DNA from: Octopus vulgaris
Taxonomy: Eukaryota
NCBI GenBank assembly: GCA_951406725.2
Contig: OX597818.1
Location: forward strand, 4,774,001-4,838,000
Reading direction: 5' to 3'
Length of the DNA: 64,000 nt
Position numbers and translations under genes: made by a program. Position 1 is the stretch's first letter. The number at the start of each line of letters is the position of its first letter. Of the stretch, positions 26,230 to 40,347 are shown piece after piece. The notes under the pieces are model-generated. The model ran no database searches. It saw only the letters and a program-made list of their open reading frames with translations, and was not told where the DNA came from.

Positions 26230-27890
26230 AAAAATAGAAGTTGGAAATGTATTGAAAATAGTTAAAATATTTTTTATTATTATATGTAAAGATTCAACCG
26301 GATTCACAGTTTACACTGATTTTCAAAAATTTGAAATAGAAAGACGTGGCTTATATCCAAGCAGATTTGCTTCTGACTAGTGTTTGAAGCTTGTCCTATT
26401 TTTATAGGGAGTTCATTGCTCAAATTAGTATATGCATTGAAATATATGAAAAATGACTCAATTCAACACCGATCATTCTCCCCAAAAACTACAGATAAAA
26501 CCTATCGCTAATGAATCCGAACAACAACAAAAAATTAGAGGAAAGATGGCTCTTGACAAATTCAAAATGGAAACCCACCTATTACGGCTAAGAACAAATT
26601 CCAACGAAGAGAAATTTAAAACAATTGACGCACAAATGTGAAAAGAAATTTCGAAAACATCCGAAGGCCGAGAAAACAATATTAAACTTTGAAGAGAAAA
26701 ATGTGCAAACGAGGAATTATCATCTCTTCAACGGTGGGAGAGAAGTGCTCTTTGGTTCTCCAATTATGAATCTCACTTCAAAAACGAATACTCTACCGCG
26801 AACCCATTCCTGAAAAAGTTAAAATCCACAAGCCACACTCAAAGCGAAATTATATTCACAAATTTCATAAGAACAATTCAAAACTATTTCAACAAGAAAA
26901 TAATCCAAATAAAGAATCGAATTTTTCCCTCCGACTAGACTGAACTTTCTTCCAAAACCGAAGACATACACAACGGATAAAAAATATCAACTTAAAAACA
27001 ATTACAGAGAGAAACGACCACAATCCAGAACAACAAATGTGCAAAATCGACACAAAAGAGGACAAGTTAACAGAGAAAATGACATCATATATATAAATAG
27101 TAATAAAAGAAAAACCTTGAAAAATAATTTTTTAGATCCAACCGACAGAGTTCTTGACACCAGATGGTACAAACCGAAGATGAGAAACCGAAAGTAATTA
27201 ACCTATCTAAAAACTTCTCTCAGTAGAAGAAATTAATATTTTGTCAAAAGGCCTAAAATCTATCCCAACACCACAACACCCTAACTCCAATGAAATAGAG
27301 AACAATAATTCACAGTTCTGTAGAAAACTACGTCTAACAGAACTACTATAAAGAAAACGGAGACGAATCAGTTGTAAGAAACAAGAGCGATTACAAGTCT
27401 ACGAAAGGTAAGAATAAAGCTTTAGATAAATTCTGTGAATTTATATCTACCTTCCCTTAAAAAGAACTTCCACATCCTAAAATCAAACCCAATACCTGTC
27501 GGAAGGAATGGGATATTATATATGAACTGAAAAACAATAACGACATAATAATTAAGGGAGCAGATAGGGGAAGTGCTATAGTTACTATAGATATTGAAAC
27601 ACTACAAAAGAGATATACTATCTATATTACAAGATATGACCTACAACGAAAAGGTAAATAATTACCAAAAATCAAAGACAATGACTAAACTGAACACAAT
27701 CATTCACAGACATCAAAAAGGTTTAACAAACAATGTGACTAACTAACCCATTCTGATTGCAAGACTAGCTACTTCTACGGTCTCCCCAAAATCCATAAGA
27801 ATCAAACTATTAGGAATGCATGTAAAGAACCAACTTCAAGTTGCATTAACATATAATATTCCACCTAATTGCGATAAAGGATCTGAAATA
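26230..27890 (+). mobile_element. Penelope-like element, degenerate N-terminal RT fragment
   Basis: KVINLS...EINILSKGLKSIPTP (27191), FCRKLRLTE, NNDIIIKGADRGSAIV (the IIKxADKG motif), FYGLPKIHK (27773). Starts at a (TA)n tract. Confidence 0.85.
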
Positions 27891-28106
27891 CCTGTTACGT
27901 GGTAGCAGGGCGTGCAAGAAATAGCAGCCAAATCTTTCTTTTCTGGGGGAAATAAGCCGTTTACGCGTGATTTTGATGTCACATTCGTTGAAAGCATGCG
28001 AAATAATCTGGGAAAGAAAAAAACCAACGAAACAAAACCTCGTTGCTGGGAAACTCAGACTTTCCTGATGACCCAACGGGTCACGGGTAGTCTAGTATGT
28101 GTATAT

Positions 28107-28143
<37 letters not shown>

Positions 28144-28660
28144 CGTGTGTGTGTGTGCGTGCGTGCGTGTGCGTATGTATAGTATGTTATGTATTTCTCG
28201 CACAGACAATTAATGTCCATTAATTTAACAGGAGGAGAAATATCACATCACATTTTGTCTGGAGCTCGATAGATTCTTTCAAAACCTGAACAATAAAATA
28301 AATGGTAACGGCAACAAATATATAATTACAGTATAACTAATTAAAGAAAATATTCCCTTCAAATTATTTGGATTCTCATACTGGTCCATAAGCAATTCGA
28401 ACCATTGAATTTGGATAATTTCGGTGAAGTAAGATCAAGCGGCACCGTTGTTTGATACACCACTTTTAAAATTAAATGAAATGCTGCTATTATGAATATA
28501 CTTGTAAACTTGCTTCTTACAACATACACAGATGGCTCATTGAATGAGTAACTGAATAAGAAACTCTCAAATTATCCAATCTGATGTATAAATACATAAA
28601 TCGGAGAAGTATAATACCAATACTTACAACACAAGGAATGCTGCATATATTATTGACATA

Positions 28661-29952
28661 CGAGGGACGTTCAATAAGTAATGCTTCTGACCCACTTGCA
28701 GTTGTTTGATCTAGCTGAAAGTTTGCATGTGCAATTATTTATATCTCTATAGATTAAGTGGCAAATTACAGCTCTGAACTAATTGTGGTTTCTGATTTAC
28801 AGGTGTTTGAACCGAGTCAAGTGTGAAATGGAGCCTGTTGAGTGTCGAGCAGTGATCCGGTTTTTGTATTTGAAAGGACGCACACCACGGGAGACTTTTG
28901 ATGAAATAAAAGTAACTTATGGTGATGATTCCCCATCATATGACCTTGTAAAACGCTGGCATCGTGAATTCAAACATGGTCGGAACTCTGTGGAAACAGC
29001 TCCCAGATCTGGTCGCCCCCTTCTGCCATTTATGAGGCATCTGTCCGTCAAGTTGAGGCTGCCATTTTGGAAGATCGACGCATAATTATTCGCCAAATAG
29101 CCCATGAGGTCAAAATTAGTACCGGGTCTGTGGAAACTATCATTCATGACCATTTGCATATGCAAAAGGTGTCTGCCAGATGGATTCCCAGGCTGCTCAC
29201 GCCTTTCCAGAAGCAAGAACGCGTCGAGTGCTCGAGGGTGAATTTGGAGATGTGCCAAGAAGATGAGTCAAAATCTTTCAAAAGACTGATTACACAGGAT
29301 GAAACCTGGGTCAATCACGATGATCCAGAGACCAAATCCCAGTCAATGCAGTGGAAGCACCGTGACTCACCCCCTCCAAAAAAAGGCAAGGGTGTAGCCC
29401 TCCGCTGGCAAGGTCATGCTCACAGTCTTCTAGGACCAGGACGGAGTAGTGATGACAGATTTCCTGGCAAAGGGTACCACAATTGCAGGAGCCTATTATG
29501 CTTCACTTTTGAGGAAATTAAGAGAAGCTATCAAAATCAAGAGGCGGGGCAAGATCAGCAAAGGCATCCTCCTCCTGCAGGACAACGCTCCGGTCCACAA
29601 CTCGCGTGTCGCCAGATCAGAAGCACAGGCGTATGGCTATGAACTCCTCCCCATCCCCCCTACTTTCCTGACCTTGCACCCTCTGATTTTCACCTCTTCC
29701 CAATCATGAAGTTGTTTTTGAAAGGAAAGCGTTTCCCAGATGATGCAGCCTTGATTTCTGAAGTCACGTTGAGGTTGGAGGACCAAGCTGGGTTCTTCTA
29801 CAAAAACGGTCTCCAGAGCCGCATCAAACGATGGGAGAAATGCGTAACTCTGGGTGGTTCCTATGTAGAAAAAGACTAATAACTGTGCCAAGTTTCGTTG
29901 CTCTACTGCTATGGGAAGTGGGTCAGGGGCATTACTTATTGAACGCCCCTCG
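28661..29952 (+). mobile_element. Mariner (DD34D), same family as 7992-9260
   Basis: TIRs and TA duplication. Transposase pseudogene 28828-29879 with frameshifts and an in-frame stop. Confidence 0.95.
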
Positions 29953-30531
29953 TATACTATATGTAGAACACATAAATGCATATGTACATGTAGTTGTGGG
30001 ATGTTACTCCATCAATGAACCAGAGGCAAAATTTGATGCTTGACAAGAAAAAATTAGTGCAGTTGTTAATATTGCCAACCTTGAAGCGTGTTGCCATTAT
30101 ATCAAAGGACAAAGTAAAGCGAAATACAAACAAAACATCCAAAAACGGTAGATCACTGGAAAAAAGAAAAGATAAATGAAAAACATCCGTGCATCAGATT
30201 TATAATTAACGTGAGAATTCTTTATAGTTTAGCAATATAATTGAAAATATGACAACGTACGTGTTAGAAGAATAGAGTGTATTGTATATAGCGTAAACGT
30301 AAGCATACAACCACAATGTGCGTGTATACACACGCATAGCATACTCATGCTGGGAATGCGCATGCGCACAAACATGTGTGTATGTATGTGTGTGTAGATA
30401 CATAGTAAAGGAATAAAATGTATATACATGTCAAGCGACTGAGAGAGAGAGAGAGAGAGAGGGAAAGAGAGAAAGAAAGAGAAACGGAGATTAGGAGAGA
30501 GAAAAATGTAATGAAATGTGTGTATGTGTAC

Positions 30532-30617
<86 letters not shown>

Positions 30618-30635
30618 TTGTGTGTGTGTATGTAT

Positions 30636-31105
30636 ATTGAGGGTGCAGTGAATAAACTGTCGTCTAAATTACCCATTTTAACAGATATATTTATCAAAAT
30701 TACATAAAAATATCTTGAAATACTATAGAGTAAATTTATTCAATAAAATCACTATTGGCTTCAACCATGGTCTCCAGACGACTTCAAAATATCCTGCTAC
30801 TCTTCTGGAGTTGGTGAATGCTGCCATAATACTTTCATCTTTGGTGTTACAAGGAGTTTTGTTAGTCTCTCGCTCAACCGCACCACACACATCATAATCA
30901 AGGGTTTGCAGTCAGGGGAGTTAGGTGGCCAGACGTTAGGGGTGATATGGTCGCAGAAATTGTTTGATAGCTATGACTGGGTTCTCCTGCTTATTTGGCA
31001 AGGTACAGAGTCCTGTTGCCAGGCATAGGATCTTCCAGCAACCACCCTCTTGACCCAGGGCAGCACTACCTCCACTAGGCACTTGATGTAGGCCTCCGTG
31101 TTGAG
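30636..31105 (-). mobile_element. DD37D (maT-like) transposon 3' fragment
   Basis: LNTEAYIKCLVEVVLPWVKRVVAGRSYAWQQDSVPC...VWPPNSPDCKPL(D). 37 residues between the last two Asp after correcting one frameshift. Confidence 0.75.
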
Positions 31106-31106
31106 T

Positions 31107-31440
31107 GCGGGGCCCAGTTAGAATTTTCTTCAGGTCGAGTAGCCCGTCCCACTCAAAATGTCCCTGAATAAGGGTTGTTTAAGGCTGTTGAACGAACCAT
31201 CCATGTTTCCAGAGGTGAATTATTCAAACCCCGCAAAATTCCTCTCAACACATGGCTATAATGCTCCCTCGCTACTTCTACTCGTGATCAGAGATGCACA
31301 TATCGTCAGCCACATAAGAGACATATTCAAATGGTTAAAGTCAAACAACTGACGCGCAAATCTGTGGTATTGAGCAGAATATTTGCCGTAGACAATCTTT
31401 TATGCCATTACAAAACAATGTACATGATAGCACTTTCATA
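31107..31440. repeat. Partial copy of the repeat at 2595-3105
   Basis: Direct alignment; followed by (ACA)n(ATT)n. Confidence 0.7.
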
Positions 31441-31474
31441 ACAACAACAACAACAACAACAACATCAACAACAA

Positions 31475-31542
<68 letters not shown>

Positions 31543-31544
<2 letters not shown>

Positions 31545-33530
31545 TACTTTTAATCTGCATGTTTGTTACAATACCTTGCCAAGACACACCCAGCGTCCTA
31601 GGGCGAGTGAAGGATAAGAGATGTTACAGTATGCCTGAAAACTTGGAGAGGGGAAGTGGCAGGGGCAGTAGCAATATATCTTCATGTAATACAACACAGA
31701 CATTTAAATGGATAGGGATTTTCGTAAAGATATGGGAAGTGCTTGCCTGCACAATCATTTTGATTTCTCTGAGACGGTTCTCCTGGGATCTTATAAATAC
31801 CTGGGGATAGACGCCGGTATCTAATTTAATAGAAGCTGTTTGCCTGAGCTTGCCTCTTACAAAAGTTTACATATTTTCCAATTTTGCGGGGTTTGGAAAC
31901 ATAGGTATTTCGTTCAAAATTAACAGGAATAGTTCTCGCTTTAAGATGTCAGATCTTTTGTATCTCAATTTCCAGGTCCTGATATTTACTCAGTTTATCA
32001 AAGTACTTTACAGATATATTTTTATCAGTGGGAACACTTACATCTATCAGTTTACAAATATTTTCTTCAATGTCATTAATAATTATGTCATTCTGTCAAT
32101 GTTGACTGGAAAATCCCAGAGGATAGTGATTATTTTTACCTTCAACGACTGGCTCAGGATGATGTTCATACCAGTAAGCAAGGAGTGCTGATGATGTAGT
32201 ATTTACATATTTTCCAATGTAAATACTGTTCTACCCTATCGTTTGGTGTCATCACAGGAATTCTGAGATGAGATGATCTATTGTTTCATCAAATGTGTCG
32301 CAGAATCTGCATTTAGGGCTAGAACCGTTTTGAAGAACGTTAGCCTGTGAGCGAGTTTTGATCTTGTGCCGACAATATGAAACCTTCAGTCTCTGCTTTC
32401 AGTCCTGAGCTCCTCAGGATTAATGCCAAGTTCCCTTGCGAATTTGCAAGCTTCCTTGACAATAGAATGTGATTTGTTGCTGCTTTCATGTTTGCACACA
32501 AGCCGCAACATCCACTCCTCTGTACTAGATAAGTACCTGTTTATTGCTATTGCGGAGGTATTTATGGGACAGTTCTACATGCATCATTCCTCTTCTCCCA
32601 TTACTCCTAGGTCGGTACAGACGATCAACATCAGCTTTTGGGTAGCATGTTCATAGATGTTAGTTGTTTTCTCATCTTCTTGTCCAGGCGTTGGAGTTCT
32701 GTAAGATTCTAGTTAATGATGTTAAAACTATATTGAACTATTGGGAGTGTCAGGGTGTTACTGGCTTCGATGCAATTTTGGAGTTGAGTTCAGTTTTTAG
32801 AATTCTTCTGTAATACTCCTTTCATATTTTTTCTTCATTGTAGCATGTTGTATTCCACATCATTCGTTTATCCCCAGGTATTTGTAACTTTCTTGTGGGT
32901 CAAGTTCTTTGATGGAAACGTCGGTATCTAATTTAATGGAAGCTGTTTGCTTACAAAAGTTGCTTTAGCACCCTTATCAAGGCCGAAGTCCATCCCGATG
33001 TCATTACTGAATTCTTTAACAATGGTTAGTAGCCCTGTTAGCTCTTTCGTCATTTCTAGCAAACAACTTCAGATCGTCCATATAAAATAGACGGTTTATT
33101 GTCGTATTGTAAACTTTGAACCCGTACCTAGTATTATTCAGTTCGTGTAAGAGTGGGATCAGTGCCATGTGAAAGAGTTGATATTAATGTTATTAGATTG
33201 GCTCATCCCATTAACATGGTTTAGAAGGAGACGCGTATTCCACTTGGCCATGCTACCATGTAAGAATTTGGAAACGACAGGAGAGATTATATATATCTCA
33301 AGGGACTTGAGTAGCTAATTATGAGGGGCACTATCAAACACTTTCCTATAGTCTATCCATACCACACTCAGGTTCTTCTTGTTGCTCCGGCAATTCTCTA
33401 CGATCATTTTATTAATGAGTAATTGAGCTTTGTAGACATAAGAATTCCTTTTACAGCTTGTTTGAGCTTGTGGAAAGGTAGACTTCTCTTCAAGGAAGGC
33501 GCATATTCTTTCAGTTGGTATGGGCGCGAG
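31543..33530 (-). mobile_element. Older degenerate relative of Dong-like family A
   Basis: 3'UTR similar to family A. WIDYRKVFDSAPH, LFYMDDLKLF, CRFCDTFDETIDHL. Many deletions. (ATT)n flanks. Confidence 0.85.
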
Positions 33531-33532
33531 GA

Positions 33533-33584
<52 letters not shown>

Positions 33585-33586
<2 letters not shown>

Positions 33587-34305
33587 TTTTTTTTTCTTCT
33601 TTCAAATTTGCTTCCATTTCTTGCCGAGTGTCTTCCCGACTCCTAGGGCAAAGAAACTCATAGTATACATTGGTAGGCCATTAAACTAAACTCAATAGTT
33701 CGTTCATTTTTTTTTTTTAACTTAAATTAAAATACATGGGTAGTAATAATTCTCACATCGACGATGCTCTTCTCAATACGTGTGATGTACCAATTAAGAC
33801 AATCTTTTGCACTTCTTGCAGGGATGGTAAGCCAGGGATCATTCTCATATAATTTTCGGTTCCCTTCTTGATCATTCCTAGTGCTCCTACGATCACTGGT
33901 ATTGTAACCGCCTTGAGATGCCACATTTCTCAATTTCAATGAGTAGGTCTTTATATTTTCTGAGCTTGTCAAACTCTTTCGCTGAGATATTATGATCACA
34001 GGGGATGCTCATGTTGATCAATAAGCAAACTTTATTGTTTTGGTCTTTCACAACAATATCTGGTTTATTGGCCTTGATGGTTCGGTCTGTATGTACTGGA
34101 AAGTCCCACAGAATGGTTACATTTTCTCCTTCAGTTACAGCCTCAGGGTGGTGATTATACCACTTGTCGGCAGTTTTGATATTGTAATGCCGACTTATTA
34201 GCCAGTGTAGATATTGATCAACTCTGTCATGTCTTAATTTATACTCCACTGGCGCTAAGACTTTACATCCAGAGATTAGGTGGTCCACTGTTTCAATCAT
34301 TATTC
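33585..34305 (-). mobile_element. Dong-like family B, 5'-truncated
   Basis: ETVDHLISGC..RHDRV..KPDIVVKD..KLRKY. Near-identical to 44131-44808. (ATT)n flanks. Confidence 0.92.
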
Positions 34306-34306
34306 A

Positions 34307-34399
<93 letters not shown>

Positions 34400-34402
<3 letters not shown>

Positions 34403-35790
34403 TAGTCTTATTTTTATCATGTGCTTTCATTGCACTACCGAGCGCAGCTTTGTGTGCCTTGAGCACGTACTGTGGTTTGTTGTGACGCTCTTATTTTTAC
34501 TGCACTGAAAGCGTTTTACGGAGGACGCCGGGCGAAATGCTTAGCGGCATTTCGTCTGCCGTTATGTTCTGAGTTCAAACTCCACCAATGTCGACTTTGT
34601 CTTTTATCCTTTCGGGGTCGATTAAATAAAGTAGCAGCTACGCACTGGGGTCGATGTAATCGACTTAAACCCTTTGTCTGTCCTTGTTTGTCCCCTCTAT
34701 GTTTAGCCCCCTGTGGGCAATAAAGAAATTTATATATATATACTTGTTAGTCCTGGTGTTTTTGTAATGTATTTGCCTGAATATTTTTGTCATACATAAT
34801 GCGTCTACTATGATAGGAATTGTTTCTGTTTTTAGACTCCACATTCGAGTTTCCTCTATTTTCAGATAATTGTATTTTGAAAGTTTCTCCGTTTCTTTTA
34901 GAGAATCATTGTCACCTGTTTGTATTGATACATCGATTAGAAAGCATTTTTTCCTTGGGGATCTTTGACAACTATATCCGGCTTATTGGCCTTAATTTTT
35001 CTATCTGTGTGTATTGGCATAACCCGGTGTATGATTGCTTTCTCATTTTCTGGGCTGTGCCTATACCATCTTTATTCTGTTGTTATTCCATCGTGTTGGC
35101 ATAGCTTCCAGTGTATATAGGTCCCAACTCTCTCCTGTCTGTGAATATATTCCTTCTTAGCCATGACTGGGCAGCCAGAGACAATATCATTTATTGTTTC
35201 TTCTCCATCACCACGTATTCTGCAGTTACTTGTATTTCTTTTCATTACGTGTATTTTGGTGATTTCTGGTGTGTAGACTTTGATCTTGTGCTGAAATTAA
35301 AAATCTTCCAGTCTCTGCTTTGAGTCCTGAGCTTCTCAGTCACTGTTGGGATATTGCTTTGTCTATTTCATTTCTGTTTAGTTTAATCCAATATTCGCCA
35401 TGTAGGGGCGTTTCTCATCATCGTTTTATCCTGATACGTTGCTGTTTGGATTTCAATTGTGTTACGGGTCTTGCAGTTTCTTCTTTTTCTTCGGCTTCTT
35501 CTTTGTATTTGTCAGCTTCCTTAAAGACAGAAAACTGTTTTTTGTTTTGTTCGTGTTTTGTAGCTATTTGTATCAATTTTCTTTGCTTCTGAAGTAGGTA
35601 TTTCTGTAATCCTATGGTGGTTATATTGTAATAGTTTCCTAGCTGTATAGGGCCTATACCACCTTCAATACGTTTTATATATATAAAAACTTTCCATGTC
35701 AGATTTTGGGTGAGGCATCCTAAAATGCTGTCATTATTTTTCTTGTTTTCCTATTTTGATTTGTTCATTTAGAGTCCAGTTAAGAATATC
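34400..35790 (-). mobile_element. Dong-like family C, older copy interrupted by SINE S2
   Basis: 3'UTR shared with 35851, 36165 and 43843. Remnants include KPDIVVKD and LHGEYWIKL..SSGL. Confidence 0.75.
34522..34728 (+). mobile_element. SINE S2, 5'-truncated
   Basis: GTTCTGAGTTCAAACTCC B-box-like and ATCCTTTCGGGGTCGATTAAATAAAGTA central motif; similar to 40876-41083. Confidence 0.7.
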
Positions 35791-35850
35791 CTCCTCCTCC
35801 TCCTCCTCCTCCTCATCATCATCATCACTATCATTATTATTATTATTATT

Positions 35851-36085
35851 CAGTAGTTTTATTTTTATTTTTATAGCGTGCTTTCACTTCACTACCGAGC
35901 ACAGCTCTGTGTGCCTTGGGTATGTGCTGTGATTTGTTGTGATGCTCTGATGGTTATTGTATGGAAAGTGTTCTGCGTAGGATGTGTGCAGTGCCCAGTA
36001 GTGCAATTTTCTGTATGTTATATGTGTTTGTAAGTCCTGGTGTTTTTGTTATGTATTTGTCTATTACATGTTTTTGGTAATTTCT
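35851..36085 (-). mobile_element. Dong-like family C, short 3' fragment
   Basis: DKYITKTPGLTNTYNIQKIALLGTAHILRRTLSIQ* plus 3'UTR. (ATT)n flanks. Confidence 0.88.
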
Positions 36086-36086
36086 G

Positions 36087-36164
<78 letters not shown>

Positions 36165-36167
<3 letters not shown>

Positions 36168-36272
36168 TAGTTTTATTTTTATAGCGTGCTTTCACTTCAC
36201 TACCGAGCGCAGCTCTGTGTGCCTTGGGTATGTGCTGTGATTTGTTGTGATGCTCTGATGGTTATTGTATGG
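36165..36272 (-). mobile_element. Dong-like family C, 3'UTR-only fragment
   Basis: Near-identical to 35851-35965. (ATT)n flanks. Confidence 0.85.
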
Positions 36273-36460
36273 TTATTATTATTATTGTTATTATTATTAT
36301 TATTATTGTCATTTACTTTTAATCTGCATGTTTGATGCAATCACCTGCCGGGGCACACCCAGCGCCCTAGGGCAAGTGAAGGTTAAGAGTTGTTGAAATA
36401 TAGCTGAGAGCTTGGGGAGGGGAAGTAGAGAAATATCTCCATGTAATACAAACACAAACA

Positions 36461-39400
36461 TTTACATTGATAGGGTTTTTCTAAGGATGTGGGCAGTACT
36501 TGTTAGCACAATCTTTTGGATTTCCTTGAGACATGGTTTTCCAGGGATATTGTCTAGGTGTTTCTGACATCCCTTTTTTATCATACCTAGGGATATTTAT
36601 CATACAATAACAGGAACAGTTTTTGTTTTAAGATTCCACATCCTCTGTATTTCGATTTCCAGGTCCTTATATTTACTAAGTTTGTCAAGTTCCTTGACAG
36701 ATACATTTTTATCAGTGGGGACGCTTACTTCTATTAGTCTGCAGGTATTTTCTTCCCTGTCTTTAACAATTATGTCTGGTCGATTAGCCTTGATCGTTCT
36801 GTCAGTGTTGACTGGAAAATCCCAGAGGATGGTGACATCTTTACCTTCAACAACTGGCTGAGGATGGTGTTCATACCAGTTAGCAGGAGTGTCGGATTTG
36901 TAGTGTTTACATATCTTCCAATGTATATACTGTCCTACCCTATCGTGGCGATTTTTGTATTCGTTTGGTGTCAGCACAGGACATCCCGAAACGAGATGGT
37001 CTATTGTTTCGTCAAATGTGTCACAGAATCTGCATTTAGGGTCAGTACCGTTTCGGAGAACGTTAGCCTGGTAATTTCTGGTAAACAAGCTTTGATCTTG
37101 TGCTGCCATTATGAAGCCTTCAGTCTCTGCTTTCAATCCAGAACTCTTCAGCCACTGATGGGTTGTTGCTTGGTCTACATCAGCATTTTGGCTTCGGAGA
37201 ATGTATTGTCCATGCAGGGGCTTCTGGCTCCACCGCCTCTCAATTTGATTCTGCCCATTCTTTTTTGCAGTCTGCCTGATTCGCTTTGCTTGCTTGGTAG
37301 CAGTGGTTTCTGGCTCTTCACCTGATTCAAGGTTAATGCCTAGTTCCCTTTCGAACTTATAAGCTTCCTTGACAATAGAATGCAGCTTTTTGCTGCTTTC
37401 GTGTTCACACACAAGTCGCAGCATCCAGTCTTTTGTACTAGATAGGTACCTGTTCATTCCTACAGTAGAGGTCTTATAGCACAGCTCTAATTGCATCATT
37501 CCTCTCCCCCCGCTGCTTCTAGGTAGGTACAAGCGGTCTACATCTGCCTTAGGGTGGTGCATGCTCCTGGATGTCAGTAACTTTCTTGTCTTCCTGTCCA
37601 AGCGTTGGAGTTCCGTAAGGTTCCAGTTAATGATGTTAAAACTGTACTGGACTACTGGAAGTGCCAGGGTGTTAATGGCCTCAATGCAATTTTTGGAGTT
37701 GAGTTCAGTCTTCAGTACAAGCCTTATTCTCCTATAGTACTCCTTTCTTATTTTTTCCTTCATAGTAGCATGATGTATACCATCTCCTTCGTTGATTCCT
37801 AGGTATTTGTAACTTTCTTGTGGGTCAAGTTCCTTGATGGTAGTGTCAATATCTAATTTAACAGAAGCTGTTTGCCTGAGCTTGCCTCTTACAAAAGTTG
37901 CTTTAGCACACTTATCAAGGCCAAAATCCATTCCGATATCATTGCTAAACTCTTTAACAGTTGTTAGCAGCCCTTCTAGCTCTTGGTCATTCTTGGCAAA
38001 CAGCTTTAGATCGTCCATATAAAAAAGGTGGTTTATTAACTTGCTAAAAACTTTGTACCCATATCTGGCACTATCCAATTCGTTTGAGAGTGGGATCAGT
38101 GCCATGCAAAAAAGTAATGGAGAGAGGGAGTCACCTTGAAAGATGCCTCGTTTGATGTTGATGCTGTTGGACTGGCTCATCCCATTACTATGGCTTAGAA
38201 AGAGACGTGTGTTCCACATGGTCATGCTATTCTCTAAGAATTTTGAGACGACAGGGGAGATCTTGTATATCTCAGGGCCTTGAGTATCCATTTATGTGGG
38301 ACACTGTCATACGCTTTCCTGTAGTCTATCCATGCCATACTCAGGTTTTTGTTTTTGCTCCGGCAATTCTCTACAATCATTCTGTTTATGAGCAATTGGT
38401 CTTTGCACCCATAAGAGTTTCTTTTACAACCTTTTTGAGCTTGTGGAAGGATAGAATTTTGTTCAAGGAAAGCGTACATTCTCTCCGTTATTATGGATGT
38501 GAGGATTTTGTAGGTGGTGTTGAGACATGTTATTGGCCGGTAATTCTTTGGGTTTTTTGTGTCTTCGGTTTTAGGTAATAGGTAGGTGGTTCCTTCAGTC
38601 AGCCAAGCAGGTATTTGCTCTGGGTTCTGAATGACATCAGACAGAGATGCAGCGAGATGTTCGTGCACCTCTGTCAAACAATTCAGCCAGAAGTTAGGGA
38701 TTCGATCCAGTCCTGGGGTTTTCCATTTATGAGCCTTCCTAAGGACACACCTTAGCTCCTCTATTCCTATTGCTTCCCACTTCTGTTCTTCAAGTTCATC
38801 CAGTCTCTCTTTCTCACGTTCTATCCAGTCAGCCTCAGCATTAAACTCTTTTTCGTTGCTCCATACCTTCTTCCAGAACTCCTCCACTTCCTCAATCTTA
38901 GGTGGATCTTCTATGTGTATTTTATTTTTGCCAATTTCCCTATAAAATTTCTTTGCATCTGTCTTAAAAAATTTATTTTGTCGATAAAATTTGTTTCTTT
39001 TGTCATACCTTCTAAGCCGTTGAGCTTTCAACTGTATCCGTTGTTTCAACAGTTCCTTAGTTGCAGGGAGGTTTATGAGATCTTTGATTTTATATTTTTG
39101 CTTGATTTTTCTAGCTTTTCTCGGCTTAATATTCACTCCTCTAGCAAGCTCATCGAGAACTGAAACATCCGCCCGCAGAGATTCAATCTCTTTTTGTATC
39201 GCTACTTTCCACTTAGGAGGTTCATTGACATGCCTGGCCTTTTTCTTTGTCATCTTAATACCTAGTTGGGTAGTTACTACTTTAGCAGTGGAATAAATGA
39301 GATTATTTAAGGTTGTCAAATCATTCCCCTTATTTCTTAAGATCTGTCCTAGGGCAACGTTATATGTCATGATTGTGTTGTTATTTCTTGTGCCATTTGA

Positions 39401-40138
39401 AAACTTTGGTAGTGGTTCTCTATTAACCATGTCAGTGAGCTCAATCTTGCCGAGTTCTCTCATAATGTCCACTTTTGCTTCCATAATCTTTTCTCTATTA
39501 TTCACCTCAAATTCTATGTCATATCTATTTTGGTTTTCTTGAGGAAGGTCTACGTTCTCCTCTTTTTTCAAATCTCTCGTCTTCGCTATTCTTTGTTTAA
39601 CTTCCCCATTGGGAAGTTGATTTGCCGCTTGTACACTGGCTTCTGTGCTACTGTTACCTATTTCGTCTACATTGTTGCTGTTTTCTTTTGGTCTACCATG
39701 AGCTATTAGTGTCCTAATTTTGTCAATTTCAGCGTCAGTTAGTCTTTTGTTTTTAATTATATCTCTGCGTACATTACTTAATTTATTTGCGTCTATATAT
39801 CTACGTACGTCATCGCCTACTGAATTTCTCCATGAGATGTATGTTTGTACACTGAGGTTATTGTTTGGGTTTAGTTGGGCTGTATAAAAAGCTTTCAACA
39901 CATCTCTATAGTCCTCTCTGGTCCATTTTATACGTTTTGCTTTAGGTGGTGTTTTTGGTGGTGTCACTACAAGTCCAGAGTTAGAAGTATTCTGGTTCTG
40001 GTCACCTGGTAGATCGTCTTTTTGAGAGTTTGTTCCAGCAGCAAACTTTTCGACCCCAGTCTGGTTCCCTACTGGGTAACGCGGTCCTTGTTGTCCCGGG
40101 CGATGACCGATCCGGCATGATTTTTGGCTTGTTTTCAT
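36461..40138 (-). pseudogene. Retrotransposon polyprotein (~1220 aa) with one frameshift (~38274) and a double stop (~36600)
   Basis: KRIKWTRED (Myb-like); YRPITCL, QKG, WIDYRKAYDSVPH, GIFQGDSLSPLLF, FYMDDLKLF (RT); CRFC..ETIDHLVSGC; RHD; PD..E..K.KY. Confidence 0.9.
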
Positions 40139-40347
40139 TAAATGATTGACGGCGACATCAGAGGGGTCATTTTTTCAGAGTCAACTTTTTGACAAGACGC
40201 CGCTTCTGTGACGGTGACAGGCTCAATTTTTTGACAAAACACCGCTTCTGAATTCTCCGAATTAATATATTGTTCATATCGAACTCGCATAAGACTTACA
40301 GATCGAAATTCGCCTTTATTTCTTTTGGTAGTCATGTTTCCGGGCAT
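40138..40347 (-). CDS. 69-aa upstream ORF whose stop overlaps the polyprotein start (TAATG)
   Basis: TAA at 40140-40138, ATG at 40138-40136. Internal repeat EAVFCQK/EAASCQK. Translation not shown. Confidence 0.35.
   Translation of the reverse strand: MPGNMTTKRNKGEFRSVSLMRVRYEQYINSENSEAVFCQKIEPVTVTEAASCQKVDSEKMTPLMSPSII

Noticed and set aside
33530-36310. CRISPR-like repeat-spacer pattern
   Set aside because: The repeats are variable-length microsatellites and the spacers are retrotransposon 3' ends; eukaryotic context with no cas genes.
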